A stretch of DNA of 64,000 bases, from contig CAWJUH010000003.1 in assembly GCA_963846005.1 (NCBI GenBank), positions 803,992-867,991 of the forward strand, read 5' to 3'. The notes beneath the pieces were generated by a model, which did no database searches, was not told the origin of the DNA, and saw nothing but the letters and a program-made list of their open reading frames with translations. Origin of the DNA: an uncultured Actinomycetota bacterium. GTDB lineage: Bacteria > Actinomycetota > Actinomycetes > Streptosporangiales > Streptosporangiaceae. This document shows positions 35,883 through 49,014 of this stretch, in pieces; position 1 is the first letter of the stretch, and the number at the start of each line of letters is the position of its first letter. The translations under genes and the position numbers were made by a program.

Positions 35883-36374
35883 TCATCCGTGCCCGCTGGC
35901 CGCGAACCGCTCCCGGGTGGCGATGATCTCCGCCTCGGCGGCGTCCCGGCCGACCCAGGCCTCGATATCCACCACCTTGCCGGGCTCCAGCGCCTTGTAC
36001 ACCTCGAAGAAGTGCTGGATCTCCAGCCGGTCGAAGGCCGGAACGTGGTCGATGTTGCGCAGGTGCTCCACTCGCGGGTCGGTCGCGGGCACGCACAGCA
36101 CCTTGTCGTCGGAGCCGTTCTCGTCCCGCATCCGGAACATCCCGATGGCCCGGCAGCTGATCAGGCAACCGGGAAAGGTCGGCTCCTCGAGCAGCACCAT
36201 GGCGTCGAGCGGGTCGCCGTCGTCGGCCAGGGTGTCCTCGATGAAGCCGTAGTCAGCCGGGTAACGGGTCGAGGTGAATAGCATCCGGTCCAGCCTGATC
36301 CGCCCGGATTCGTGATCCATCTCGTACTTGTTGCGCTGGCCTTTGGGGATCTCGATGACTACGTCGAATTCCAC
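35883..36374 (-). CDS. ppa: Inorganic pyrophosphatase
   Basis: [18 protein letters not shown]...DGDPLD. Confidence 0.85.
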   Translation of the reverse strand: MEFDVVIEIPKGQRNKYEMDHESGRIRLDRMLFTSTRYPADYGFIEDTLADDGDPLDAMVLLEEPTFPGCLISCRAIGMFRMRDENGSDDKVLCVPATDPRVEHLRNIDHVPAFDRLEIQHFFEVYKALEPGKVVDIEAWVGRDAAEAEIIATRERFAASGHG

Positions 36375-36483
36375 GACTACGGCTCCTGCACATGTAGATG
36401 ATTGACTCCGTTGCCTGGAGTTCTACCCGCCTGACGTCCATGCCGTCACGCACAGCCAGCATCTCGCGAAAGGAAGCGCACTG

Positions 36484-37926
36484 GTGAGCCGGGTCCACCG
36501 GATGGCGGCGGCCAGCCTGGCGCTGCTCTGCGCGTTCACCATCGCCGCAGGGGCCGCGGTTGCCGGGCTGCTGCCGCCCCGCCTCGCACTGTGGCACATC
36601 CCGGTCGTGACCGGCCGGCCAGCCGGGCCCGCCGGGCCGGTGCTGCCCGCCGCCGGCCTGGCCGGCCCGGCCGGGACCGCGGCCGCCCAGGCCGCGCAGC
36701 CGCGCGGGGTGGCCGCCGCGCTGGCCCGGCTGCTCGGCACTGCGGCCCTCGGGCCGCACGTGGGGGCGGTGGTCACCGACCTGCGGACCGGGCAGGTGCT
36801 GTACTCCCGCGCCGCCGGATCGGCCTTCGCGCCTGCCTCGACCGCCAAGATCGCGGTCGCGACCGCGGCCCTGCAGGCCCTCGGCGGCCAGGCCCGGTTC
36901 ACCACCCGGGTGGCGGCCGGGCCGTCCGCCACGATCGTGCTGGCAGGCGGCGGCGACCCGACGCTCACCGCGGGCCGGGTCCGCGGCAGCTATCCCGAGG
37001 CCGCCAGCCTGGCTGCACTCGCCGCCCGGACCGCGCGGGCGGTACGGGCCGCCGGCCGCCGGTCGGTCCGGCTGGAGTACGACACGTCGCTGTACTCCGG
37101 GCCGCCGCTCGCGCCCGGCTGGCCGCACAGCTACATCACCACCGGCAACGTCACCGCCATCACCGCGCTGGAGGTCGACCAGGGGCGGCTGACCGCGAGC
37201 GGCCAGCCGCAGGACGCCGGCGACTGGGCCAACCCGCTGCCCCGCTCGCCCGATCCCGCCGCCCAGGCCGCCGGCGTCTTCGCCCGCTACCTGGCCGCGG
37301 ACGGCGTGGCCGTCCGCGGCGCCGCGCGGCCGGCGCGCTCTGCGCCCGGCCGCACCCTGGCCCGGGTCCAGTCGCCGCCGCTGGCGCAGATCGTCGCGCT
37401 CATGCTGACCGACAGCAACAACGTCATCGCCGAGAACCTGGCCCGCCACATCGCGATCGCCACCGGGCACCCGGCGACCTTCGCCGGCGCCGCCGCCGCC
37501 GAGGAAAGCGTGCTGCGCGGCCTCGGGGTCACCAGCGGCGTCAGCCTGGTGGACGGCAGCGGCCTGTCGCCCAGGGACCGGATCACGCCGGCCGCGCTGA
37601 TCCGGCTGCTCGCCCTGACCGCGGACCGCGGCCCGCTGCGGCCGGTGCTGACCGGGCTGCCGGTGGCCGGCTTTTCCGGCACGCTGGAGCCGCACGGCAG
37701 CGCCTTCGCCTCGGTGGGCCGGGCCGGCCTCGGCGTAGTGCGGGCCAAGACCGGCAACCTCGCCGCCGTGGCCAGCCTGACGGGCATCGTCTACGACCAC
37801 GGCGGCGAGCTGCTGTCGTTCGCGTTCATGGCCGACCAGCTGCGCTCCGGCGGCCTGGCCATCGCCGGCGCGACCATGGCCAAGATGGCCACCGTCCTGG
37901 CCGGCTGCGGCTGCCGCCAGCCCTGA
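36484..37926 (+). CDS. dacB: D-alanyl-D-alanine carboxypeptidase/endopeptidase (PBP4, S13 family)
   Basis: Signal peptide; STAK motif; 480 aa. Confidence 0.7.
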   Translation: MSRVHRMAAASLALLCAFTIAAGAAVAGLLPPRLALWHIPVVTGRPAGPAGPVLPAAGLAGPAGTAAAQAAQPRGVAAALARLLGTAALGPHVGAVVTDLRTGQVLYSRAAGSAFAPASTAKIAVATAALQALGGQARFTTRVAAGPSATIVLAGGGDPTLTAGRVRGSYPEAASLAALAARTARAVRAAGRRSVRLEYDTSLYSGPPLAPGWPHSYITTGNVTAITALEVDQGRLTASGQPQDAGDWANPLPRSPDPAAQAAGVFARYLAADGVAVRGAARPARSAPGRTLARVQSPPLAQIVALMLTDSNNVIAENLARHIAIATGHPATFAGAAAAEESVLRGLGVTSGVSLVDGSGLSPRDRITPAALIRLLALTADRGPLRPVLTGLPVAGFSGTLEPHGSAFASVGRAGLGVVRAKTGNLAAVASLTGIVYDHGGELLSFAFMADQLRSGGLAIAGATMAKMATVLAGCGCRQP

Positions 37927-38121
37927 CGCCGGCGGCGGCGCGGACCGCGCGCCGGAACCCGCTCAACGGACCGTCGAGCGGGTCAGGTGCCGCTGGGCGG
38001 GTGGGTGGCGGACCGTTGAGCGGGTTCGGGCGGCGGCACGGCGGCACGCCGGGGACCTGCCCCGGGACTCACACGTCGTCCCCCGGGCGCACGCAGTGCG
38101 GAGTCGACGTACGGTAAATGG

Positions 38122-39225
38122 GTGAGCACGCCGCAGATGATCGACTGGAATGTCGCCACCTCCACCGGGGTCCGCTGGGTCCGGCCGGGGCCGCAGATCA
38201 GCATGGCCGACGCCCGGCGGGTGGTCGCCGAGCTGCGCGAGCTGGCCGCGGCGGTCCAGGACCCGGTGCGCGAGATCACCCTGCTGCCCGGCCCGGGCCA
38301 CGACGGCCAGGTGGCGATCGTGGACCGGCCCGCCTGGATCCGGGCCAACGTGGACGGCTTCCGGGTCGTGTTCGATCCGCTGGTGGAGCACCTGGCCGAG
38401 CGCGGCGTCACCCCGCCCGCCGGGTCGGTGGCTACTGCCGTGTCCTCGCGGGTCACCGGCATGCAGGCGGGGCTGATCCTGGCCTACCTGGCGGCGCGGG
38501 TGCTCGGCCAGTACGAGCTGTTCCTGCCGCCGGATCCCGGCGCCGGGAACGGTGCCGCCCCGGCCGGGCGGCTGACCCTGGTCGCGCCCAACATCGTGAT
38601 GGTCGAACGCGAGCTGGGCGTGGACCCGCACGACTTCCGGCGCTGGGTGTGCCTGCACGAGGAGACCCACCGCACCCAGTTCACCTCGGTGCCCTGGCTG
38701 CGCGGCTACGTCCAGGAGCAGATGACCGAGTTCCTGCTCGCCTCGGACCTGGACCCGGCCTCGATCCTGAGCCGGCTGCGGGCCGCGGCCGACGCGGTCG
38801 CGGGCGCGGTGCGCGGCACCGACGGCGACAGCGTGATCGAGGCCATCCAGTCCCCCCGCCAGCGCGCGATCCTGGACCGGCTGACCAGCGTGATGACGCT
38901 GGTCGAAGGCCACGGCGATTACGTGATGGACGCCGTCGGCCCGGCCGTGGTGCCCTCGGTGGCTGACATCAGGGCCAAGTTCAGCGCCCGCCGCCGGTCA
39001 GCCGGCCGGGTCGAGCAGGTGATCCGCCGGCTGCTCGGCATCGACCTGAAGATGAAGCAGTACGAGCAGGGCGCCAAGTTCGTGTCGGCCGTCGTCGCCG
39101 AGGCCGGGATGGCGGCGTTCAACAAGGTGTGGACCAGCCCGCAGACGCTGCCGACCAAGGACGAGATCACCCGCCCGCAGGCCTGGCTGGACCGGGTCGA
39201 CGGGCACGGCGCGGCCGCGGGCTGA
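38122..39225 (+). CDS. Zinc-dependent metalloprotease-like hypothetical protein (HExxH)
   Basis: VCLHEETHRTQF motif; conserved position upstream of tilS. Confidence 0.55.
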   Translation: MSTPQMIDWNVATSTGVRWVRPGPQISMADARRVVAELRELAAAVQDPVREITLLPGPGHDGQVAIVDRPAWIRANVDGFRVVFDPLVEHLAERGVTPPAGSVATAVSSRVTGMQAGLILAYLAARVLGQYELFLPPDPGAGNGAAPAGRLTLVAPNIVMVERELGVDPHDFRRWVCLHEETHRTQFTSVPWLRGYVQEQMTEFLLASDLDPASILSRLRAAADAVAGAVRGTDGDSVIEAIQSPRQRAILDRLTSVMTLVEGHGDYVMDAVGPAVVPSVADIRAKFSARRRSAGRVEQVIRRLLGIDLKMKQYEQGAKFVSAVVAEAGMAAFNKVWTSPQTLPTKDEITRPQAWLDRVDGHGAAAG

Positions 39226-39231
39226 GCGCCG

Positions 39232-40236
39232 ATGGGGCCGCACCCGGCGGTGGCGCAGGTCCGGCTGGCCGTGCGGCGGGCGCTGGCCGGGACCGGCCGC
39301 GGCGAGCTGGTGCTGGCCGCCTGCTCCGGCGGCGCTGACTCGCTGGCGCTGGCCGCGGCCCTCGCCTTCGAAGCACCCCGGCTCGGCCTGCGGGCCGGCG
39401 CGGTCACCGTCGACCACGGCCTGCAGCCGGGGTCGGCGCAGCGGGCCGCGGAGCTGGCCGGGCGGCTGGCCGGGCTCGGCCTCGACCCGGTGCTCAGCCT
39501 GCCGGTCACCGTGGCCGGCCGCGGGCCTGCCCGGGACGGACAGCCCGCGGCCTACCCCGGCCCGGAGGCCGCGGCCCGGCAGGCCAGGTACGCGGCGCTG
39601 GAACGCGCCGCCGGTCAGGCCGGCGCGGCCGCGGTGCTGCTCGGGCACACCCTGGACGACCAGGCCGAGACCGTGCTGCTCGGGCTGGCCCGCGGCTCGG
39701 GCGCCCGCTCGCTGGCCGGCATGCCGGCCGCCGCCGGATGCTGGCTGCGGCCGCTGCTCGGCGTCCGCCGGGCGCAGACCCGGGCGGCGTGCACCGCCCA
39801 GGACCTGCCGTGGTGGGACGACCCGCACAACGACGACCCGCGGTTCACCCGGTCCCGGGTCCGCGGCCAGCTGATGCCGGCGCTGGCCGGGGTGCTCGGA
39901 CCCGGGGTGCCGGAGGCGCTGGCCAGGACCGCGGCCGCGCTCGCGGCCGACGCGCAGGCTCTGGACGCCATCGCCGCCGCGGAGGCGGCCAGGATCGCGG
40001 CCCCGGACGGCTCGCTGCCCGCCGACGAGCTCGGCAAGCTGCCCGCCGCGATCAGGACCCGGGTGCTGCGGGCGGCCGCGGTGGCGGCCGGGGCGCCGCC
40101 GGGCGCGCTCGGCTCCCGCCACGTCGCCGCCATGGACGCGCTGGTGACCGGATGGCGCGGGCAGCTCGGCGCCGACCTGCCGGGGGGCATCGTGTGCCGG
40201 CGGCGGTATGGCAGGCTGGCGTTCAGCGCGCGATGA
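39232..40236 (+). CDS. tilS: tRNA(Ile)-lysidine synthetase
   Basis: PP-loop [14 protein letters not shown]. Confidence 0.8.
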   Translation: MGPHPAVAQVRLAVRRALAGTGRGELVLAACSGGADSLALAAALAFEAPRLGLRAGAVTVDHGLQPGSAQRAAELAGRLAGLGLDPVLSLPVTVAGRGPARDGQPAAYPGPEAAARQARYAALERAAGQAGAAAVLLGHTLDDQAETVLLGLARGSGARSLAGMPAAAGCWLRPLLGVRRAQTRAACTAQDLPWWDDPHNDDPRFTRSRVRGQLMPALAGVLGPGVPEALARTAAALAADAQALDAIAAAEAARIAAPDGSLPADELGKLPAAIRTRVLRAAAVAAGAPPGALGSRHVAAMDALVTGWRGQLGADLPGGIVCRRRYGRLAFSAR

Positions 40237-40288
40237 CCGCGGCGGCGGGACGGCGGACAGGGGAGGACCCAGCGTGGACGGCGCCGAC

Positions 40289-40876
40289 ATGGGAGCGGAC
40301 CTCGAGGAGGTGCTGATCACTCCCGGGCAGCTGCAGCACCGCGTCGGCGAGCTTGCCGCGCAGATCGACGCCGATTACGCCGGCCGCGAACTGCTGCTGG
40401 TCGGCGTGCTCAAGGGCGCGGTGATGGTCATGGCCGACCTGGCCCGCGCCATGCACCTGCCGGTGCTGATGGACTGGATGGCGGTGTCCTCCTACGGCTC
40501 GGGCACCAAGTCCTCAGGTGTGGTCCGCATCCTGAAGGACCTGGACGCCGACATCAGCGGCCGGGACGTGCTGGTCGTCGAGGACATCGTGGACTCCGGC
40601 CTCACCCTGTCCTGGCTGGTGCAGAACCTGCGCTCGCGCGGCCCGGCCTCGGTGGCCGTGTGCGCGCTGCTGCGCAAGCCGACCGCGATGCGGATGCCGG
40701 TGGAAGTCAGCTACATGGGCTTCGACATCGAGGACAAGTTCGTGATCGGCTACGGCCTCGACTACGCCGAGCGGTACCGCAATCTGCCCTTCATCGGGAC
40801 ACTGGCGCCGCATGTCTACGAATCGCCCGGCGCCGCACCGGCGCCCGGTCCCCGGTCAGGGGAACACAACCCGTAG
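40289..40876 (+). CDS. hpt: Hypoxanthine phosphoribosyltransferase (alternative GTG start 40274)
   Basis: PRPP motif [14 protein letters not shown]. Confidence 0.8.
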   Translation: MGADLEEVLITPGQLQHRVGELAAQIDADYAGRELLLVGVLKGAVMVMADLARAMHLPVLMDWMAVSSYGSGTKSSGVVRILKDLDADISGRDVLVVEDIVDSGLTLSWLVQNLRSRGPASVAVCALLRKPTAMRMPVEVSYMGFDIEDKFVIGYGLDYAERYRNLPFIGTLAPHVYESPGAAPAPGPRSGEHNP

Positions 40877-41112
40877 TTAAATACGTTCACCGGGGTAGAG
40901 GACACCTAAGTGGCCTGCAGGTCGCCGCGGTGCCTTCGTCGTGCCGGCGTCAGCCGGCGCGGTGTACCGTCGAGTATTCCGCGTAGTAACGAGGAAATAG
41001 GGACGCCGAGGCCGCGCGCGGTCGCCGGGGCGCACGGCAGCCCAGGCCGGCAGCGGCCGGGCACGAGGCACGTCAGGAGGGACCGGCCCGTCTCCGGCGG
41101 GGCCGCTCATCG

Positions 41113-43144
<2,032 letters not shown>

Positions 43145-43161
<17 letters not shown>

Positions 43162-43744
43162 CCCGGCGCGGCCGCTGTTCGACCACGCGCGGATCGAGCG
43201 GGCCATCCGGGAGATCCTGCTGGCGATCGGCGAGGACCCCGAGCGCGACGGGCTGGCGGACACCCCCGCCCGGGTGGCCCGCGCGTACGCCGAGCAGTTC
43301 GCCGGGCTGCGGCAGAGCCCGGCCGACGTGCTGACCACGGTCTTCGACGCCGAGCACGACGAGATGGTGCTGGTGCGCGACATCGAGGTGTTCTCGGTGT
43401 GCGAGCACCACCTGACGCCGTTCTTCGGGCGCGCCCACGTCGGGTACATCCCGAACGAGAAGGGCCAGCTCACCGGCCTGTCCAAGCTGGCCAGGCTGGT
43501 CGACCTGTACGCCCGCAGGCCGCAGGTCCAAGAGCGGCTCACCAGCCAAATCGCCGACGCGCTCGTCCACGGCCTGGAGCCGCGGGGAGTTATCGTGGTC
43601 ATCGAGGCCGAGCACCTGTGCATGGCCATGCGGGGCGTCCGCAAGCCCGGCGCCAAGACGGTGACATCCGCGGTCCGCGGGAGCTTCCGTGACTCAGACA
43701 GCACCAGGGCCGAGGCGCTGAGCCTGCTGCGCATCCGTGGCTGA
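43145..43744 (+). CDS. folE: GTP cyclohydrolase I
   Basis: CEHHLTPF motif region; TTG start as in ORF track. Confidence 0.8.
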
Positions 43745-43810
43745 GGACGGCCGGGCAGCCTGCCCCGGTTTACCCGCGGCCCGGCCGGGCGATGGGTACG
43801 CTGAGAGCCC

Positions 43811-45697
43811 GTGATCAAGGGCTTGACCTACTTCTCCGACATGACTGACAAAAAGGGGCCAGGCCCGCCGCATCCTGCCGCTGAGCCGGCCGAGCGCGCG
43901 CCGGGGCCGTCCGCGGGCCTGCCGCCCGACCAGCGCCAGCAGCGGCGCTATGTGCCGCTGGCGGCCGGCTGGCTGGCGCTGCTGCTGGGCCTGGCCGACA
44001 TCATCGTCGGGACCGAGTTCAACCCCGTCTACCGCCACGTCAAGCACTCGCTGCACAAGTTCGCCGCGGTCGCGCCGGGCACCCTGACCAACCTCACCCA
44101 TGCCGCCGACGTCATCATCGGCCTGCTGCTCCTGCTGCTGTCGCACGGCCTGCGCCGCCGCAAGCGGCGCGCCTGGCAGGCCAGCGTGATCCTGCTGGCC
44201 GGCAGCCTGGTCATCCACTACCTGCACGGCCGCCACGTCCGGGCCATGATCATCACCGCGGTGCTGATGGCGGCGCTGATCTACTTCCGCCGCGAGTTCT
44301 ACGCGATCGGCGACCGCAGCGCCCGGTGGCGGGCGGTGCCCGTGCTGGCCGGGCTGCTGATCGCCGACCTGATCATCGGGCTGTCCTTCATCGCCGTGGC
44401 CGGGCCGCGCGCCGACTACTCGCTGCCCCAGCGGGTCCAGTCGGTGGTCTGGGGCCTGGCCGGCGCGGGCGGCCCGGTCCGTTTCGTCGCCGACGGCCGC
44501 AACGATTTCTTCGGCATCCTGGCCACCGCCCTCGGCATCTTCACGCTCATCGTCACCGCGTACGTGTTCCTGCGCCCGGCGCCGCAGACCGAACGGATCA
44601 CCGCGCAGGACGCCGCCTGGATCAGGGAACTGCTGGACAAGCACGGCGAGCAGGATTCGCTCGGCTACTTCGCGCTGCGCGACGACAAGGACATCCTGTG
44701 GTCGCCGACGGGCAAGTCGTGCATCGGCTACCGGGTGCTGGCCGGCGCCATCCTGGCCAGCGGCGACCCGATCGGCGACCCGGAGGCCTGGCCGGGGGCC
44801 ATCCACGCGTTCCTGGACGAGGCCGCCCGGCACGCCTGGGTGCCGGCCGTGGTCGGCTGCGGCGAGCTCGGCGCGGAGGTCTGGTGCCGCGAGGGCGGGC
44901 TGACCGCGCTGGAACTCGGCGACGAGGCCGTGGTCGACGTCACCGAGTTCTCGCTGCAGGGCCGGGCGATGCGCAACGTGCGGCAGATGGTCTCCCGGGT
45001 GGCCCGGCAGGGCTACGTGGCGCAGGCCCGCCGCGTCGCCGACATCCCGCCCGAGGAGATCCGGCGGCTGGTCCGGCAGGCCGACTCGTGGCGGGGCAGC
45101 CCGACCGAGCGGGGCTTCTCGATGGCGCTCGGCCGGGTCGGCGGCCCCGGCGACGACCGCTGCGTGCTGGTGACCGCCACCGAGAACGGGGTGCTGCGCG
45201 CGCTGCTGCAATTCGTGCCGTGGGGCGCCGACGGGCTGTCGCTCGACCTGATGCGGCGCGACCGGTCGGCGCAGTCCGGGCTGAGCGACTTCCTGATCGT
45301 CGAGACCATCAAGGCGGCGCCCGGGCTCGGGGTCAAGCGCCTGTCGCTGAACTTCGCCGCCTTCCGGGCCGCGCTGGAGCGCGGCGAGCGGATCGGCGCC
45401 GGCCCGGTGCTCAAGGCGTGGCGGCGGGTGCTGCTGTTCGCCTCCCGGTGGTTCCAGATCGAGTCGCTGTACAAGTTCAACGCCAAGTTCCAGCCCGCCT
45501 GGCAGCCCCGGTTCCTGGTGTTCCCCGGCACCCGGGACCTGCCGCGGATCAGCCTGGCCGCGCTGGAGGCCGAGGCGTTCCTGGTCTGGCCGACGGTGGA
45601 GGTGCGGCGGATCGGCCGCCGCCTCGGCCTCGGCCGGCTCCGCCGCCGGCTGCGCCGGGCGGCCCGCAGCAAGACGGCGCGGGCCGCTGGCTCGTAA
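43811..45697 (+). CDS. MprF-like membrane protein (lysyl-phosphatidylglycerol synthase C-terminal DUF2156 domain)
   Basis: Multiple N-terminal TM helices; C-terminal DUF2156-like region. Confidence 0.55.
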   Translation: MIKGLTYFSDMTDKKGPGPPHPAAEPAERAPGPSAGLPPDQRQQRRYVPLAAGWLALLLGLADIIVGTEFNPVYRHVKHSLHKFAAVAPGTLTNLTHAADVIIGLLLLLLSHGLRRRKRRAWQASVILLAGSLVIHYLHGRHVRAMIITAVLMAALIYFRREFYAIGDRSARWRAVPVLAGLLIADLIIGLSFIAVAGPRADYSLPQRVQSVVWGLAGAGGPVRFVADGRNDFFGILATALGIFTLIVTAYVFLRPAPQTERITAQDAAWIRELLDKHGEQDSLGYFALRDDKDILWSPTGKSCIGYRVLAGAILASGDPIGDPEAWPGAIHAFLDEAARHAWVPAVVGCGELGAEVWCREGGLTALELGDEAVVDVTEFSLQGRAMRNVRQMVSRVARQGYVAQARRVADIPPEEIRRLVRQADSWRGSPTERGFSMALGRVGGPGDDRCVLVTATENGVLRALLQFVPWGADGLSLDLMRRDRSAQSGLSDFLIVETIKAAPGLGVKRLSLNFAAFRAALERGERIGAGPVLKAWRRVLLFASRWFQIESLYKFNAKFQPAWQPRFLVFPGTRDLPRISLAALEAEAFLVWPTVEVRRIGRRLGLGRLRRRLRRAARSKTARAAGS

Positions 45698-45707
45698 TCT
45701 GGCGGAC

Positions 45708-46640
45708 ATGACTGCCGACCCGCCCGCCGCGCTGGCCCGCGGCCAGGCCGCCCGCGAGCCCGCCGCCGCCGCGAGGCCGAGCCCGGCTGGCCTGCCGCCG
45801 CCGGGCCGCTGCCTGGTCATGGGCGTGGTCAACGTCACTCCCGACTCGTTCTCCGACGGCGGCCGGTGGGAGCACCCGGACGCCGCCGTGGCCCGCGGCC
45901 TGGAACTGGCCGCCCAGGGCGCCGACATCGTGGACGTGGGCGGCGAGTCCACCCGGCCGGGCGCGCAGCGGGTGCCCGCGGCAGCGGAACTGCGCCGGGT
46001 GCTGCCGGTGGTCACCGAGCTGGCCGCCGCCGGGCTGACGGTCAGCATCGACACGATGCGGGCGGCGACCGCGGCCGCCGCGCTGGAGGCGGGCGCGCGC
46101 CTGCTCAACGACGTCAGCGGCGGGCTGGCCGACCCGCAGATGGCCGCGGTGGCCGCCGCTGCCCGGGTGCCGTTCGTGGTCATGCACTGGCGCGGCCACA
46201 GCCAGGACATGATGCGGCACGCGGTGTACCAGGACGTGGTGGCCGAGGTCCGCCGCGAGCTCGGCCAGCGGATCACCGCGCTCACCGCGGCCGGGGTGGA
46301 CCCGGCCGCGATCATCGTCGACCCCGGCCTGGGGTTCGCCAAGCTGCCCGAGCACAACTGGGCGCTGCTGGCCCGGCTCGGCGACGTCGCCCGCGTCGGC
46401 GGCGGCACGTTCCCGGTGCTGGTCGCCGCGTCCCGCAAGCGGTTCATCGGGCGGCTGCTGGCCGGCCCGGACGGGCAGCCGCGGCCGTTCGCCGCCAGCG
46501 ACGACGCGACGATCGCGGTCACGGCGCTGGCCGCCGCGGCCGGGGCCTGGTGCGTGCGGGCGCACATGGTGCCCGGCAATGCCGACGCGGTCCGGGTCGC
46601 GGCCCGCTGGCAGGCCGTGCAGGCGGGTGCAGGCCGGTGA
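45708..46640 (+). CDS. folP: Dihydropteroate synthase
   Basis: LVMGVVNVTPDSFSDGG...DIVDVGGESTRPGA. Confidence 0.85.
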   Translation: MTADPPAALARGQAAREPAAAARPSPAGLPPPGRCLVMGVVNVTPDSFSDGGRWEHPDAAVARGLELAAQGADIVDVGGESTRPGAQRVPAAAELRRVLPVVTELAAAGLTVSIDTMRAATAAAALEAGARLLNDVSGGLADPQMAAVAAAARVPFVVMHWRGHSQDMMRHAVYQDVVAEVRRELGQRITALTAAGVDPAAIIVDPGLGFAKLPEHNWALLARLGDVARVGGGTFPVLVAASRKRFIGRLLAGPDGQPRPFAASDDATIAVTALAAAAGAWCVRAHMVPGNADAVRVAARWQAVQAGAGR

Positions 46641-47002
46641 GCCAGGACCGGATCTCGCTGCTCGGCCTGCGGGCCACCGGGCGGCACGGCGTCTTCGCCG
46701 CCGAGCGGGCGGAGGGCCAGGAGTTCGTGGTGGACGCGGTGCTGTGGCTCGACACCGCGCCCGCGGCCGCCGCCGACGATCTGTCCGTCACCGTCGACTA
46801 CGGGGAGCTGGCCGGCCGGCTCGCCGCGATCGTGACCGGCGAGCCGGTGAACCTGATCGAGACGCTCGCCAGCCGGCTGGCGGCGGCCTGCCTGGCCGAC
46901 GGCCTGGTCACCGAGGCCGAGGTCACCGTGCACAAGCCGCACGCGCCGGTCGGGCAGCCGGTCAGCGACATCACCGTCACGATCCGCCGGAGCCGGCCGT
47001 GA
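46637..47002 (+). CDS. folB: Dihydroneopterin aldolase
   Basis: GTG start overlapping folP stop; 121 aa. Confidence 0.75.
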   Translation: MSQDRISLLGLRATGRHGVFAAERAEGQEFVVDAVLWLDTAPAAAADDLSVTVDYGELAGRLAAIVTGEPVNLIETLASRLAAACLADGLVTEAEVTVHKPHAPVGQPVSDITVTIRRSRP

Positions 47003-47547
47003 CGGCCGCCGCCACGCCGGTCGTGCTGGCCCTCGGCAGCAACCTCGGCGACCGGCTGGCGCACCTGCAGGCCGGGGTGGACCTGCTCACCTCCGGCCCG
47101 GAGCTGACCGACGCGGCAGTGTCACCGGTCTACCAGACCGCCCCGGTCGGCGGCCCGCCGCAGCCCGACTACCTGAACGCGGTGCTGACCGCGCGCACGC
47201 AGCTGCCCCCGGCCGGGCTGCTGGCGCTCGGCCAGGCCGCCGAGCGGGCCGCGCACCGGGTCCGCCGCCAGCGCTGGGGCCCGCGCACCCTGGACGTGGA
47301 CGTCATCGCCTACGGCGATGAGATCAGCGCCAGCCCCGCGCTCACCCTGCCGCACCCGCGCGCGCACGAGCGGGCCTTCGTGCTGGTGCCGTGGCTGGAC
47401 CTCGACCCTGGCGCGCAGCTGCCCGGCCGCGGCGCGGTGGCGGGGCAGCTGGCCGCCCTCGGGCCCGCCGCGGCGGCCGGCCTCGCCCGCGTGCCCGGCG
47501 CCCGGCTGCGGATCGCCGGGATGGCAACCGGGCGGGGAGCGCGATGA
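46999..47547 (+). CDS. folK: 2-amino-4-hydroxy-6-hydroxymethyldihydropteridine pyrophosphokinase
   Basis: GTGA overlap with folB; VVLALGSNLGDR motif. Confidence 0.8.
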   Translation: MTAAATPVVLALGSNLGDRLAHLQAGVDLLTSGPELTDAAVSPVYQTAPVGGPPQPDYLNAVLTARTQLPPAGLLALGQAAERAAHRVRRQRWGPRTLDVDVIAYGDEISASPALTLPHPRAHERAFVLVPWLDLDPGAQLPGRGAVAGQLAALGPAAAAGLARVPGARLRIAGMATGRGAR

Positions 47548-48026
47548 GGCCGACCAGGATCCGCACCCTGCTGGGCGTGGCGGTGGTCTGCGCGGCGGCG
47601 GCGTGGCTGGCCGTCCGGGCGGCGTTCGCCAGCCTGGCGCCGCTGCCGTGGACCGCCATCCCGGCGCTGGTGCTGCTGGCCGGGGCCGAGCTGGCGATCG
47701 CCCGCAGCCTGGTGGCCAGGATGAGCGGCCGCGGGAAGCCGCCCGCGCCGCTGGCCGTGGCCCGGATCGCCGCGCTGGCCAAGGCCAGCTCGGCGGCGGC
47801 CGCAGTGTTCGGCGGACTGGCCGCGGGCGCCGCCGGGTACGCGGCCGGCCAGCTCGGCAAGTCGGTGCCCCGGCATGACGCGCTGGCCGGGCTGGCCACG
47901 CTGGCCGCCGCGGTGGCGCTCGCCGCGGTCGCGCTGTACCTGGAGCGCTGCTGCCGCGCGCCCTGGCCGCCGGGCGACGAGGAACCGCCGCGGTCCTGGC
48001 CGGCGGACTGGCATCAGCCCCGGTGA
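47544..48026 (+). CDS. DUF3180-like membrane protein
   Basis: ATGA overlap with folK; 4 predicted TM segments; conserved position after folK. Confidence 0.55.
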   Translation: MRPTRIRTLLGVAVVCAAAAWLAVRAAFASLAPLPWTAIPALVLLAGAELAIARSLVARMSGRGKPPAPLAVARIAALAKASSAAAAVFGGLAAGAAGYAAGQLGKSVPRHDALAGLATLAAAVALAAVALYLERCCRAPWPPGDEEPPRSWPADWHQPR

Positions 48027-48084
48027 CCTGCGCCGCCACTATGCTCGTGCTGGCTGTCCGGTACCCGGCGAGGACGGGAACGTG

Positions 48085-49014
48085 ATGGACGACGATGATC
48101 GCACCGGCGCGGCGGTTCCGCCCCGCCGAGACGGCCCGCACCCGGCGCCGCTGCAGGTCGGCGTGGTCGGCGCCGGCCGGGCCGGGACCGCCCTGGCCGG
48201 GGCGCTGGCGCGCGCCGGGCACCAGCTGGCCGCCGTGTCGGCGATCTCGGCCGCCTCCGTCGAGCGGGCCCGCCAGCGGCTGCCCGGCGTGGCCATCCGG
48301 CGGCCGGAGGAGGTCATCTCCGGCGCCGGCCTGGTGCTGCTCACCGTGCCCGACGACGCGCTGCCCGGCCTGGTCGCGGGCCTGGCCGCCACCGGGGTCG
48401 ACGTCGAGGGCAAGCTGCTGGCGCACGCCAGCGGGCGGCACGGCATCACCGTGCTGGAGCCGGCCGTGCGCCGCGGGGCCCTGCCGCTGGCCCTGCACCC
48501 GGTCATGACGTTCACCGGCCTGCCCGACGACGTCGACCGGCTGGCCGGGGTGAGCTTCGGGGTGACGGCGCCGTCCCCGCTGCTGCCGGTCGCGGAGGCC
48601 CTGGTGGTGGAGATGGGCGGCGAGCCAGTGGTGATCGCCGAGGAGCAGCGCGGCCTGTACCACGCCGCCCTGGCCGGCTCGGCTAATCACCTCATCACGC
48701 TGGTCACCCAGGCCGCCGAGCTGCTGCGCGAGGCCGGGGTGGGCGAGCCCGGCCGGATGCTCGGCCCGCTGCTGTCAGCGGCGCTTGACAATGCGCTGCG
48801 GCTGGGTGATAGCGCGCTGACCGGCCCGGTCGCCCGCGGCGACGCCGACACCGTGGCCGGGCACGTGGCCGCGCTGCGGGCGGCGGCGCCCGGTGCGCTG
48901 CCGGCCTACCTGGCTCTGGCCCGGCTCACCGCCGACCGGGCCATGGCCGCCGGGATGCTGCCCGCCGCCGAGGCGCAGCGGCTGCTCGGGGTGCTGTCGG
49001 GCGGCGCCGGGTGA
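48085..49014 (+). CDS. Rossmann-like / DUF2520 domain protein
   Basis: N-terminal GVVGAGRAG dinucleotide-binding motif; conserved before panC. Confidence 0.6.
   Translation: MDDDDRTGAAVPPRRDGPHPAPLQVGVVGAGRAGTALAGALARAGHQLAAVSAISAASVERARQRLPGVAIRRPEEVISGAGLVLLTVPDDALPGLVAGLAATGVDVEGKLLAHASGRHGITVLEPAVRRGALPLALHPVMTFTGLPDDVDRLAGVSFGVTAPSPLLPVAEALVVEMGGEPVVIAEEQRGLYHAALAGSANHLITLVTQAAELLREAGVGEPGRMLGPLLSAALDNALRLGDSALTGPVARGDADTVAGHVAALRAAAPGALPAYLALARLTADRAMAAGMLPAAEAQRLLGVLSGGAG

Noticed and set aside
36253-37800. 515-aa ORF antisense to dacB, and similar long antisense/alternative-frame ORFs elsewhere (e.g. 38998..40320, 43694..46942, 21472..22749, 19380..20399, 25984..28386, 55654..57795, 31247..32386)
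   Set aside because: Typical stop-codon-poor shadow frames of high-GC DNA. Their translations are Arg/Pro/Gly-rich junk, and they overlap well-supported genes on the other strand.
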